Source: Bugula neritina (lineage: Eukaryota; Animalia; Bryozoa). From it: a DNA stretch of 64,000 nucleotides. How positions within the stretch are numbered: position 1 is the first letter of the stretch; every line of letters begins with the position of its first letter. The notes beneath the pieces are model-generated. The model worked only from the letters and a program-made list of their open reading frames with translations. It was not told the DNA's origin and did no database searches. The translations under genes were made by a program, and so were the position numbers. This document shows, one piece after another, positions 27,101 through 47,783 of this stretch. The stretch covers positions 22,866,767-22,930,766 of the forward strand of contig OZ037766.1 in the NCBI GenBank assembly GCA_964035545.1, written 5' to 3'.

Positions 27101-30100
27101 CCATCCCTGTGAGAAACCCCTGATGGAAAGGGTTTTTGTTAAATCGAGCCAAGGACTTAATCAGATGAGGCACAGGAGCAATTATGACTGGATGCTCTTC
27201 CTAACATCACAAATGGCCTTTGTCAGGCTCGAACCCATAACTCAGTGTTTACTAGGCATACGCTCTAACCCCTAGACCAACAATAGAGTATTTATTACCT
27301 GGTTTAGTAGCGTCAGTTGCATCTCCCGGCCTGTGCACTCCTGTTCCACCTATCAGCTCCACACATTCACTCGGGAAGAAGCCAACCTGCAGAACAAAAA
27401 TTAACTGCAGATATTCTCTCCATGGCCATTTCATCTTAGTTAATGTGATTATTAGTCTAGTTTATAAACTGAGACAACAAAATAATACAACAATACTCCT
27501 TCCGTGTCTCACTAAGCTGCGGCCCCAAAACTTCAATTAGCGAGATATTAGAATACCAGATTCAACTCATGGATCTGTTAAATACGGCCATTTTGTCCCT
27601 ATGAACACATACATAAGCCAGAAAACGGGGACCAAGCCCTTCTCGTGACCTATAGAATTTCTTTAGAAATGGAACTATAAAATATAGAGGGAGCACTATA
27701 TTTAAATACAAGTAGCAAGTGGTGTACCTCAAACTTTTTCTTTCCTCTCCACCAGGTAGATTCCTGGGGACTCGGTTTATCTATCACAGACACCATATCA
27801 CCGACCTACATAAACAGAGTATTATCATTTAAACACAATAATAAAACACTAATTAGAAGGAAGCAAATAACTCTAAATATTAGGTATATTATTTCACAAC
27901 AAGAGTTAGCAGCCTCGAGTTTAAAAAACAAATAGATCAACGTCATTCTTATTATCAAAAATTAAATTTTTGATAGATAACAACGCAACATTTTATAAGT
28001 CTTCACATTTGTAAAAGTGCAACAACATATTTTCGTTGCCTTACAAATAATGTTGTGCAAGTATACGAGTATACAGTTTGCAAAGAGCAAATAACTTCTA
28101 AGATACTTAAATAGATCGGCTAGTATGGAGTAAATAGTATAGTAAAGATGTATATTCAGCTATTATCCACTTACATCCAACGACAGCTCATCTGAGGCCT
28201 GGCTGCTGTAAGACTTTATAGCCCGAGCTGCAGCTATGGCAGGTATGTTTATAGCGGCACTATCATCAGCAAATACCAACCGGTTGCCTTTGTTATCAAC
28301 CTAAGCATGTAACAAAGAGGTTATGGTGATTATGAGTGCTAACAACCATCATAATAAAATAACCAGCTTTTTATTAAATGTTTATTGTGTTGTTATCCAT
28401 TATTTATTAACAGGAGTTATGGGGAACTTGCTCTCACTAGACTAGGATTTAACAACTACATCAGAAGAAAGGCATGGCTACTACTGTTACATTGCCAAAT
28501 GCAATTCAATAGTTAACCAATTACACACGTCCCTTCATAGATTTAAATTTCAAACTTTTCAGAAGATAAATATTGGAAGTAGAAAATACTTTTAATATGT
28601 GATTGGAAAGTACACAAATGAAGCTAACACTTGCCTCAAAGAAATGTAGCACCGTGCCACAGTGGAATGTGCTTGACTTGGCCAAGAGAGAGAATCTGTT
28701 GAAGTATGACACAACTGTACTCTGCATTTCCTGTATAACAGATATTATAATGTTTTACACCACAACATAATATAACCAATGATGTTATTACAAATATTAT
28801 TACATATTATTATATTGAGAAAGTAACTCCTAAAAACTACCAAACAGTCAACAGTTATTTATTAGTGTGCTGCATATATGCACTGTTGGTGTGTTCACGG
28901 GCGTGTGTACATATGTATATGCATATATATTGTATGTGTGTGTAAGTATATATATTATATAGATAAACTCACATCAATGCTTGAAGGCACCAGCTGCTGC
29001 AAGTCAGCAAGTTGACTGATGCTCCTGTCAAACACACAAGAGTGAAGCTGCTTATCAAGTGTCATAAGGTGCTCATATGTCCTGTGTACAACCCACACCT
29101 TGCCATTCACCTCCACAGTTATGTTATAGAGGTCGGAGTTGTCCTCACTTTCATTGTCTACCTTCGCCTACAGTAACCACAGTGGGTATTACGATATGCA
29201 TTGTGTACGCTACAGCAGTGTGGTGCACACTACGGCACTGTGGGGCTCACTAAGTAAGCGTAAATTAAGCTTTTAGTAAATTTGGTAGACACCAATGCTG
29301 TAAGGGTATAAAGTGCATTTGGACCATATCCTGCGAATATTAAAGTTGCTGAGAAGTCATGGGGAGTAGATAAATAGCCAAGTCATGAGAATAAAAAGTC
29401 AAGTGCAAGAAAATTTAATTCAACTTGGAAGTCTTTGATGGTAATAGTTATATTTTATGTTATCAACATAAATATATATAATAAATTGACTAAATTTAAT
29501 AAAAATTAGTTACAAATATTTGACAGGCTTAACAGAAATAATCAATCTATTTGCTTCAATTTTAAATCAATACACTGTGGATACAGTCTGTAAGAACACT
29601 TCACATTAAAAGGTTTATGAACTGCAGTTGGTTGCCATTAAAAGCTATAAAACCATTGCATATAGCCAAACAAAGTGCAGAAGACAAGTGAATTAACATA
29701 AGTTTTAAATACTGCAGTCAACACTGGTCACACCCAGCAGATACTAGAATAAGTGTAGGTACAACATCTGCATTTGTGTTATTATTTACCTGTATACAGT
29801 CAAATTCTACATGTTCATAGTGGAAGTGTGCAAGGTGCTTGAACCTGTGATGGGAGATAACTCCATCTCTACAACAATCATAATGTACATAGCACTCATG
29901 ACTTGTAGCTGTATATTATAACTATTTAATATACTATAACTACTCACTATACTATAATTATTCCCTATACCATAACTACTCACTTTAGTATAACTACTCA
30001 CTATACTATAACTACTCACTATACTATAACTACTCACTTTAGTATAACTACTCACTATACTATAGCTACTCACTATGATCCATAGTAAACTTACTACAGT

Positions 30101-31884
30101 CTACAATGTAACTACTTTATACAGTGTAACTACTTACTATACTATTTTATTTTATTTTATTTTGCAACTGAAAGCATCAATACAATAACTCACTTCTTAA
30201 AATCTTTGGAATGACCAAATTCTAACTTCTCAATAGTCGGTCTTCTTTTTATTGAAGGGAAGGACTAAAAAAGCATAAACAATTTTATAATATAAATCTT
30301 CTGGTGAGATGAAATTTCTAAACAAGCCTTGTAAAAATGCATTGAGAAATTTGATATATAAGTTTGTGGTAAGCTATGCACCACTATGTACACCTTTCCA
30401 ACAACATAAATTAGGCCCAAACCAATAATAGAATTTATTTGGTTAACATCTCTTCAGCTTTGTGACTTTTGATACATTGCTTTGAACATTAAAATACCCA
30501 ATAGTTTTTACTAGATAATCATTTTGTATCCATCAAGATAAAACTAGAAATGTCTTAAAATTTCAACATAATAAAAATAAAGATATTTTCTTTACAAATT
30601 TTGAATAAAATGAAGATAATATAAAACATTGAGGAAAAACTACTTGCAGGATATATTATTTTACATGAGGATAGTTGATGAAACCATTAGGTATAAATTA
30701 ATTTCTCCACTTGCAAATGACAATAAATCTGAAAAATGTGATAAAGGGTTAATTTGAAACTCTCAAATATAGGATGCAACAGTTATTAGTTGATATGTTA
30801 CAAATACTTCTTTTCAATTTTAGAATTTACATTAAAATACTACATAGTTGAGAGTAAGCCTAGGGCCACACGGTGCGTATTTACGCATGCGAAAGTTGAA
30901 ATCACAAGTAGCAAAAGTGTCCACTGTACTCGTTGAGAAAACATTCGCACTTGTCGCTCAGCATTCTCAACGCAAGTGCGAATCGTCTCTGTCCTCGTCA
31001 CCTAATTGGCTGGTAGTTACTCAGCGAGCCCAATTTCTTTATTTTAGTGCTACTTTCCAGTAAATTGCGTTTTCTTGAAATCGAGTGTGATTTAAAAATG
31101 AAAGCTTTATTTATCACGCATCACTGACGCTACAGTGGACACCTTTGCTACTTGTGATTTCAATTTTCGCTTGCGAAAATACGCACCGTGTGGCCCTAGG
31201 CTAAGCTGGCAAAATATAAACTGAACACAAGTTGTAGGCAGACTGTGCAGAAGCTGCTACTATTAAGATGCCTTTACAGCTGCCCTAATCTCATTAAAGT
31301 TCACTGCCAGTCAGTAAGTTAGTAGCTCATGAAATAGTAGCAGCTGATAACCGGTTGCTTCACATATGAACTATTGCAGACATAATGCTAGCACTGTTAT
31401 CTAAACAACCCAGTTTATTACGTCACAAATAAATGACTTTCTATATTACATGCACATATATGATTACAAAAACAAGTTCATGTTAACACCATAATCTAAT
31501 ATCCATGTATCATATCAACAATAACAGTGTGTGCTGACCAACATAATGAAATTAACACTTGGAGACTATGCCTTCTGTGTAATATAATGCCGGTCCTATA
31601 AACATAACTCTTCATAGTAGAACAGAGAACAATGCTTTCTCCAGTTATTACATTTGATTATTGTAGAATATAATATAACGAACAGAAAACCTAACATCAG
31701 TTTTCACTGTATAATATTTTATAATATTGTCAGTATTTGGCAGTTACTTTAATATGCTGCAAACTCTTAGAAATCTGCAAAACATGGTCCCTCGGACTAT
31801 TAATGTTGGAGGAAATGACAAGCTGAGTATATTAGTATACAAGACTACCTCTTTCTGATTAGTGCTCAGACAGTCAGAGGCCAT
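15167..31884 (-). CDS. PX-SH3-RhoGAP, ARHGAP32/ARHGAP33 (CdGAPr-like) orthologue
   Basis: ATG at 31884. HLAHFHYEHVEF motif; PX domain (WVVHRTYEHLMTLDKQLHSCVFDR); SH3 domain (DELSLDVGDMVSVID..WWRGK..VGFFPSECVELI); RhoGAP domain with intact arginine finger (DGIYRLSG, LKMYFRELPNPL, MNSKNLAIVWSPNL); LLSLVEAQ motif; large disordered last exon ~17264-15167. Confidence 0.93.
21235..24526. mobile_element. 3.3-kb DNA-transposon-like element with imperfect terminal inverted repeats, no intact transposase, inside a RhoGAP intron
   Basis: 34-bp TIR with 28/34 matches (CATATGTGACCtGgCaCcACAAAACaaGGGATGT vs the reverse complement of the right end). A second inverted block with 23/25 matches lies at 21427-21451 and 24309-24333, i.e. 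192 and 193 bp from the ends. Palindromic CATATG is at both ends. Confidence 0.8.
25402..25502. repeat. Short AT-rich direct duplication (~45-50 bp unit, ~2 copies)
   Basis: TAATAACATGAGTATTATATAATATAACATAA..TATAATAAAG is repeated. Confidence 0.7.
27096..27279 (-). mobile_element. tRNA-derived SINE-like element, copy 2 (better preserved)
   Basis: Minus strand reads A-box-like TGGTCTAGGGG and B-box GGTTCGAGCC (27235-27226), then a non-tRNA body. Homologous to 4642-4810. Confidence 0.7.
29930..30075. repeat. 18-bp minisatellite, ~8 copies (TATAACTACTCACTATAC)
   Basis: Direct inspection; gives the spurious SSYSIV-repeat ORF. Confidence 0.9.
30858..31201. mobile_element. 344-bp MITE, PIF/Harbinger (Tourist)-like
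   Basis: 71-bp TIRs (30858-30928 and 31131-31201, 4 mismatches) starting GCCTAGGGCCACACGGTGCG. Flanked by a TAA duplication at 30855-30857 and 31202-31204. Confidence 0.9.
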
Positions 31885-33829
31885 GTTAGGTAGGAGTGGC
31901 CTTCCAGTGAGAGTAAGACCTCAACCTTGAGATCACATGACTCTAGATCATAAGTATGGAGAAGTAGGACTCACTGTAAAGAGAGAATTGTATGTTTCTA
32001 TATAAAATTATGGTATTCTAAACATCATGTACTGGAGAGGAAAATATGCTAGCATAACGCTTTATTCCGTGGCATAGATCTGTACTTGTGAAGATTATCA
32101 GAAAAGGTAAACAGGGAGAATTCAGCTCCTAAAGTATTTACTCAAAATTTTATCCTGGGTACTTACTTACAAGTTACGCAAACACGCCATTTGAATATAC
32201 AGAGCTGTGTTAAATACGGGAAAATATACAAATTATAAGGAATATAAATTTTACTGCTGGAGATGCAAGCAAAACAAATTTAGTTTATAAAGCAATATGC
32301 TGTTATGTGCTATTCAGTTTCAACATTTTTTTAATGTAGAATGGCCAATTTCTGTTAAAAGACCATTTTTAAATAATAAGCTGACAAATACAAATTCAAC
32401 ATGTCAATGCCTATCACATAGACTCGTATCAAATCACTGGTTTTACACACTACTAAAGTACTTACACCACATTTAAACTACACTTACACCACACCACTTT
32501 CTACAGAATATATATCTGAGAGCTCAGAAATTGTTTACAGATGCATGTACAAATAATATATACAGTAAAATTACTGTCCCAAAAAGACCGAGAAAACCAT
32601 TAGATGATATCCAACTTAAGTTCCATTAGTAAACATAATGTGGCCAGTTGGACACTTTTTTCAACGAATAATATAATATATATAATAATATAATATAGCA
32701 AGTTAAAATTCCATAAAGTACTGTCTGGTGAATTAACCCTAGAGGTGTGTCAAACCATTTGACAGCTTGCTATATTGCTTACATAATTAATATGAAACTG
32801 CTGCATAATTAATATATAACATGCTAATAGGTGTTTCTAGTATCGAGGTTGTAAATATATGTCTACCAAAAACCAACACAAATAGTAATTATTTCGGGTA
32901 TCTTTAATAAATTAATGTATTAAACATTTAAATAAACAAAACTAAGCTCGGAGTTATACACTAAATGTCACAAGTGGCTGCATTACAAATACATCAGCAC
33001 TTATTATTATTTCCATTTTATTTCTATGATAAAATATGAATTATTGTCATCAATATTGCTATACAACCCACATATGGAGTTCACAAATATTAGGATAAGA
33101 AATCATTTCGCTTTTTTATTTCTTTATAAAGGAAATTTTACTGAGCATCACCATATCAAATTGATTAGTAGTTATAGAAATTGCTTGTTTAGTCATAAAT
33201 GATAGCTACGTGGATGTTTAAAACACTTGTTGTCATTTATTGTGAGTAAATATCAGTAGAATTCAATGCCATAACACAGAGAGAAAAAATGCCAAGTAGT
33301 TGCTAGTAAACTAAAAACATGAATGTTGAAAAATGGAGCCAGTTTAACTATTGTATTGAATGATTCTTTGACTGTTTTGTCATTGGGTGCCATTTATCTC
33401 TAAACTTCGTATTCAGGAACAAAAATGTTTTTCACACTTTTGAATCAGTTTGGTTAAGCCAACACAGATTTGAGAAATTCGAAATGTTCCAAAAAATACA
33501 AATAAAACTGCAAACACATCCAAAGTCACGCTTTTAAGCAACAACGAAGTTGACTTTTATCTTAAATTAACATCTTCAGTCACAAAAACTAAAACTAAAA
33601 GGTAACATAAATTGCGTACAATTTATCTATCACCATTATAATACAACATACAAATAAATAAATACAACTATTGACATCAAAATAACGTAATTTCAATATG
33701 ATTATATTCTAAATTAAGTCCATATATATAACAATAGTCTGCTATAATAAATACCACTTGAACAAAGTGAAAGGGTACCAAAACATCTTCATTTTAATTC
33801 GCAACATTAGGCCTGTACATAAAATTAAA

Positions 33830-35070
33830 TACTACTCATATCATATAGATATTATATACATATCCATATTGATCTACATTATCATAATAAAAGACATCAT
33901 GATTATAGTTATTACCAATTAAATGATATTAATGATATACTATTCAATTAATTGATATTCACTATTTTTAAATTTCATTAAAAATCAAACAACTTATAAT
34001 AATATCAATCGCTATTATGATTAAGCAAAAATCATAATGATAATTAATAGTGCTAATGACTAACACTAACGGTAACAGCAAATTTCACTGTAAGACTAGG
34101 AGCAACCATAACCGTAACACTCGCACTAAATTTACATAAATCTTAGTCTAGCACCAACAGTAACTCTAACTCTAAGCATTGCCACTAGCTTCAAGTCTAA
34201 CTCTGTTTGTAAAAAGTTAACACTAACAGTAACTCAAACTTTAAACAGCAAAGCTAAAAACAAAGAAAAACAAAACTAAAACTAGAAGTCGATTAACGTT
34301 AAATGTTCGATTAAACACAACTTGCAGTCTTAAATCTAAAAACAAAATTAGAGTTTTAATCGTTAAAGTCCAAGGTTAAAACTGAATTAAAATATAAACT
34401 TCAAGGCTAAGTATCAGTAACAGGTAAGTCTACATTCAAACTAAATGGTTGAGAAATTCGGACTTCAACTTCCAACTGGAAGCTGAACGAACTTGTCTAC
34501 TACAACTACTACTACTAGTACTACTACTACTACAACTACTACTGCTGCTACAACAACAACTACTACTACTGCTACTACTACAACTGCCATTACTATAAAA
34601 AAATCGAAGTACTACGTCTACTGAAACTATAACTACTAGTACTACTAGTATTACTTCAACTTGTAGTTGTACTTGCAGTGCTAGCCCTAGGCCTAGGTCT
34701 AATAGTAGATCACTAGTACTAGTACAGTAACAGTACAAGTACTAGTAGTACTAATACTAGTAGTAGTAGTAGATGCAATATTACATTTGCCAGTACTAGT
34801 ACTAGTAGTAATACTAATAGTATAAGTATTAGTATTAGTAATACTGAGTAATAGAGTAATACCAATGGCAATAGTAATACTATTAGTATTACAGTATTAG
34901 TCTATTAGTATTATTATTACTAATAGTAACAGTTATAAATAATAAAATACAATTTACTTTTACTCTTAGTCTTATACTTATACTGATTTAGATTGACTTG
35001 ATAACTTGATTATGATAACCAGTCCCACATCCAGTGTGAGTTTGAGCTTCAACTTTCACTTTGGGCTTCA
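33830..35070. repeat. Degenerate 3/6-bp-periodic AGT/ACT-rich tract, including (ACT)n, in the presumed RhoGAP first intron
   Basis: Examples: CTAACTCTAAGC, AAAACTAAAACT, AACTTCCAACT, CCTAGGCCTAGG, AGTACTAGTACT. Gives a spurious dipeptide-repeat ORF at 34436-34738. Confidence 0.8.
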
Positions 35071-35075
35071 CATAC

Positions 35076-35406
35076 CGATACACGTTTGAACAAAAACTAC
35101 AGCTTCAGATGGTAAATTAAATAACTATAATGAAGTAAAACTTAAATTAAAATGAATATAATAAAACATATTTTTTGTTCTAGCATTGTGATTATCATTA
35201 TGATTATGATTATAATTATTTATTGAATTTTATTGAGTTCTTGGTTCCTTAATAAAGTAACACACGTTCAAGCCTCCAAAAGCCAAAACTCGTAGTATGA
35301 ATAACTGTCGAACTAAATTCGGGTATATCACGTGCCTCTGAAAAATATTTCTACAAACTTGGTGATAAGTGATTTGCGTACCTCAGGACATCCTTTTCCG
35401 TTTTTG
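35076..35406. promoter_or_regulatory. Bidirectional promoter RhoGAP / UBA52, with E-box and 5'TOP (TCT-type) start
   Basis: Polypyrimidine CCTTTTCCGTTTTTG|GTAAGT at 35392-35406 is a typical ribosomal-protein non-coding exon 1. CACGTG near 35329. Minus-strand donor G|GTATGT at 35075. Confidence 0.7.
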
Positions 35407-35575
35407 GTAAGTGCTTCAATATTCCTCCAAATTTGTTTTGCAAATAAAAAATACTTTGTATTTGTCTTATTTTGATTTGTTTGCGTTTATTATATGTTTT
35501 TTACAATTAAAAAACATGTTGTTGATATTCTGTTTGTTTTCTGACTCTCGTCTCAGTAAAAGTTATTATAATTCG

Positions 35576-35659
35576 TAAATGATGAACTTAAATTATTGTG
35601 ATTCAGGTTGTGGAACTCAATCTAAATCGCAATGTCACTTGTGATAAACGTACTGATTA
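35576..35659 (+). ncRNA. Candidate intronic box C/D snoRNA in UBA52 intron 1
   Basis: C box ATGATGA 35579-35585, C'-like GTGATAA 35641-35647, D box CTGA 35653-35656, short TAA/TTA terminal stem, 78-nt span. No target identified. Confidence 0.3.
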
Positions 35660-36676
35660 AGTGATCATATTTTTATTTCAACTTGTTTATCATCATGTTA
35701 GTAACTGTAAGTTTAACACGCCAGTAATGCTAATACTAATAGTAATCTTATATATGCAGTTTAACTTTAAATCGGTAAGTGTAACTCAATTTGAATGTAC
35801 AAAAATAAAATATATTGAATTTTATTAGTGGTTAATATTACTCACCGTAGTAAGGAATAAGTCGATATACCTAGTTAAAAACTATTGGTATTACCCTTAA
35901 TCCAGGTAGCTATGCCTATTCATGTTCATATTGCAATTTCATTTGCACTCATTTTCAGTAACTGTTCAGTTCAGTTTTGGGGGAGTTTCCCACTAAGAAC
36001 TCCTGAAGGGTGAATGCATAGGAACTCGATATATGCATATACATAATATATGCTTATAATACGTATATACTCTTTTTTTATATTAAATCGTTCATTTATT
36101 TTATTTTCTTTTTCTTCAGTTATAGGGTTTCGTAGTAAAATGCAAGTAAAAAAATTACAAACCAACACTCTAGTCTAAATCCCATCTCTCAACTCTCTAG
36201 TAGTTCGAGGATAAAAAGAGTGAAAATATACTTTTGAAGATATTGCAGGCAATAGAATTAGTCTTAGATAATAATAGTATAACTGTAGTTTAAGAATAAC
36301 TAAAAGTAAACTAATGAACTTCAACTTGAACTTTAAAGGCCAATACCAATATAAAATTTATTTAAATGATTATTTCTACGCTTTTACTCGACTGTTTTAA
36401 GTTTACAAAAAATGCATGAATTGTTATATGAGTTTCACTTTGAGCAGTTTTTATTATATATATATTTATAGATTATTTTAGTTTCAACATTACCATAAAT
36501 ATAAATTTAATAAACTTTATAATTTTACTAGAACTATAAGTACATTACATGCATATTTTCAGCTTTCTAGGATAAATTAGGTTTTTTAAATCTTGAAACT
36601 CACACCAAGTTGAAAATTCTACACTGGCAAACTGAACCTTAGAGTTGGCATCATATTTCAGTACTATTGTAGCTGA

Positions 36677-37541
<865 letters not shown>

Positions 37542-38233
37542 ACTGTGGCCGATTGTATAATTATGATGTAATATCATGTTAAAAATAAAAATTGAAAACT
37601 CCCCAACATCAATTTTTTCTCAATATGAATAGTTTCTTCAAGAACTTTTTAGAATAATTTATTAAACCTTGATATGGGCAAAGTGATATCCAGAAGACAG
37701 CTAGCTGGCTTTCAACATTGTGGCACAGCCTTGAAAATGCTATGCTTGTACTACCAGTGAGAGTTGACCAATAACTTGTAGGCTAATTTGCTTAAGGTTC
37801 TTAGTTGAGGAAGACATTGGTGTGGTGCTAGAGGCAACAATTGGACAGGTAGAATTTCAGGTTTTATTGAATCTTGATTAATTTGAGATTCTCAAATCCA
37901 CAGGGTGATTTTTGCACATGATCAGATCCAAGGAATATATAGTGTATACAAAATTATGTGTAGTAGTGTAAGAAGCTGAGCAATAATACAGATCTCTTGT
38001 ACTAACCAAAACCGTTGAAAGTAATAACCCTCAAGTTTAGCCATTAAATTTGAATGTCTGTAAAAATGTGCAAGGAAATGTTGAAATGAAGATCATACAT
38101 TATAAAGGAAACAACACCACTTCAGATCTAGAAAAATGAGATGATAAAACTCCACCATTAATATATATATATTATATACCAAATCCACCCTACTCTATTA
38201 TGCAGCTGCACTAATGAATGAGAATCCCCTCAG

Positions 38234-45382
<7,149 letters not shown>

Positions 45383-46399
45383 GACAGAAATTATCTGCAG
45401 AAACAAAGAATGTGGCTATACAGTGATCTGTGCTCTGGATTTAACAATGAATTAACATTCCAACTGCTTCTGGTTTTATAATAACCAGTAACCACCGAGA
45501 CTGCATGAAATATGGATGGAAAATTTCCAGACCATGACTTTCATAGATGCTGAAATAGCCACAAAATATTGTTTTATCTAGATTCTATATATACCAAATA
45601 TAGATAAATGAAACACTAATATTTTCCAGAGTATTGACCGACATTTGCTTTACATATCAACCTTCTTATAATCATATAAAAAGTAATCTTAAACTTTTTA
45701 ATTTACAGTAATGATCAGCACAAGCTGTTGATGCATCAATAAAAAAAAACCTGAGACACGATGAGTCCTCTTGTTTTGAAGGACTTTTCAACTATCTTTA
45801 CATGACATTTGTAATTAGTTAAAGGCTTCCAATTATCGGCAAGCAACACAATTTGTATTACAGCCATCAACTACCAGCAGGGAAAAGACAATTCACCATT
45901 AATACAGAAGGTACAACAGTTTAAATAATATAAAAAAAGTCTGGCAGTATGCCAAATAAGTTGTTTGAATAGTTGAACTATCAAACACATTGTTAGCTGC
46001 CAATTAAGCAAGATTTACCTAGTATAAGTAATATATAAAACGTGGAAAAAGAATTTAACTAAAGTATAAACCTTAGTCAATTAAAATATCAAAGCTATCA
46101 TTCTTAAAATCCAAAATCAATCTCTTGTTTTAAAGTAACAGCTTACTTCAAAACTACTTTAAATTTATTGGCGCAACAATAGTTAGTTGACTGCTCATGG
46201 AATAAATTAAATATAAATGAGCATTTAAAAGAACACTGTCAAATTATCTTAACCATACTCTTTCTTAGTAAATATCCCTGGATGAAATAATGAACTATAA
46301 AAAACTTGAAAATTATCACCCTAGAAAATATGTTTAAATGTATGATAGTCTATGAATTATTATAGTCAAACAGTTTCAAAAAAATGCAATTGAATTAAT

Positions 46400-47475
46400 T
46401 ATAACAATTCTACTTTAAATATGATAGATATAATAATACTTTCAATTATAATTATATTAAATATAATTACAATAATTATAATTCTAATATTATTACTGTA
46501 ATATATTATAATTATTATTAGTAAATGTAATATTATCAATATGAAATTGTGTTAATTTAATTTTATATCGATTCTAATTATCTAGTTCATAATCATAATC
46601 ATAATGGTGATCACTGATAAAGATTCTGATACTTCAACTTGGGCTGATACACTTACAGTCACAGTAATACTGAATCTGATAGTCATGTTGATGTTGATAT
46701 CTAATTTTATATTGCAACTGGTATTCATACAGTTAACAGTAACACCAACAGCATGAGTAGTCACTGTCCGTAATTGAGTAAGACTTAGAGTTAGATTAGC
46801 TGTAACACTAAGAGTAAGACTATGAGTAAATTTAACTGACTTTTACAGTTAGTGTTACTCTAATAGTCTAGGAGTAAAAGTGAGTCTATACCCTTAGACC
46901 TTAGCAATTAGCCTTAGGCTTAGCAGTAACTATAAGTATGACTCAAAAGTAATAAGTAATAACTCAAGGCTTCGTCTTAAGTCAAAGAGTCAAGAGTAAG
47001 GCCACTCTGACTCACTACGTCTAGTTCTACAAGCTACAGATAGGCCTAGTGCTACTCAGCCTCACACTGACAACACACGAACAGTAACACTCACACTGTG
47101 ACAGTGACTGTGAGTAGCCGCAGAACTATAAACTCAAACCCCAAGTCCACACTGATACTTATACTAATACATATAGTATTATTATTAGTAATAGTATTTA
47201 ATTAGTCACACTAAGCTTTAAGTTTAAGTTCAACTCTAAGTTCAACTGCGTCAGCTTCACCTTGCTACTCAAACGAAACGGATGATAATAATATTATTAA
47301 TATAAATATTCATATTCATATTCATATTGATAAGCTACTAGTACTAGATTTAAAGTATAGCCAACAATAATAATAATAATAATAACTATAATAGTAGACG
47401 AGTACTGGGTCTGGTAGTGGCTAGTGTACAGCCGTGAGACTGAGTTGCATACTGATACAGTTACACTACTAGTGC
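46400..47475. repeat. Degenerate 6-bp-periodic tract in the CBS 5' intron
   Basis: Examples: CATAATCATAAT, ACAGTCACAGTA, GAGTAAGACTTAGAGTTA, CTTAGGCTTAG, AGTTCAACTCTAAGTTCAACT, ATTCATATTCAT. Confidence 0.8.
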
Positions 47476-47783
47476 TTTAACTTTCACTTTGGCAGCCTTC
47501 GATACCCTTGCATGCTGCGTGAACACGGCGCACAAATTTAACGCTGCTCATTACTATTAGACCTTCACATTGGGAGTAACGATTTTTTAATAAGTTATTG
47601 GGGGACCTCTGGTACCATTGGATATGGCAAAACAGAATGCTATTTGGGCTATTCTCGCGCAAACTCGCTATTCGAGATCAAATAGTAGTTGATCGGTATA
47701 GTAACTTTAGTGCCCATTTGTGGAAGTCTACGGCTGAGAAAGTTGTAGACTCTTGAATTTAAAATATTGTTTAGTCAAATAAA
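47476..47783. promoter_or_regulatory. Bidirectional promoter CBS / PP2A-A
   Basis: CpG-containing complex sequence (e.g. TCTCGCGC, CACGGCGC) between two periodic tracts, directly upstream of the PP2A-A ATG at 47784. Confidence 0.6.

Noticed and set aside
27200-27279. tRNA gene
   Set aside because: A and B boxes are present, but no cloverleaf or acceptor stem forms and the body is shared with a second degenerate copy, so a SINE is the better call.
34436-34738. 100-aa ORF and similar low-complexity ORFs (29807-30073, 46582-46764, 52460-52657, 61984-62323)
   Set aside because: Translations of simple or periodic repeats, with no splice or homology support.
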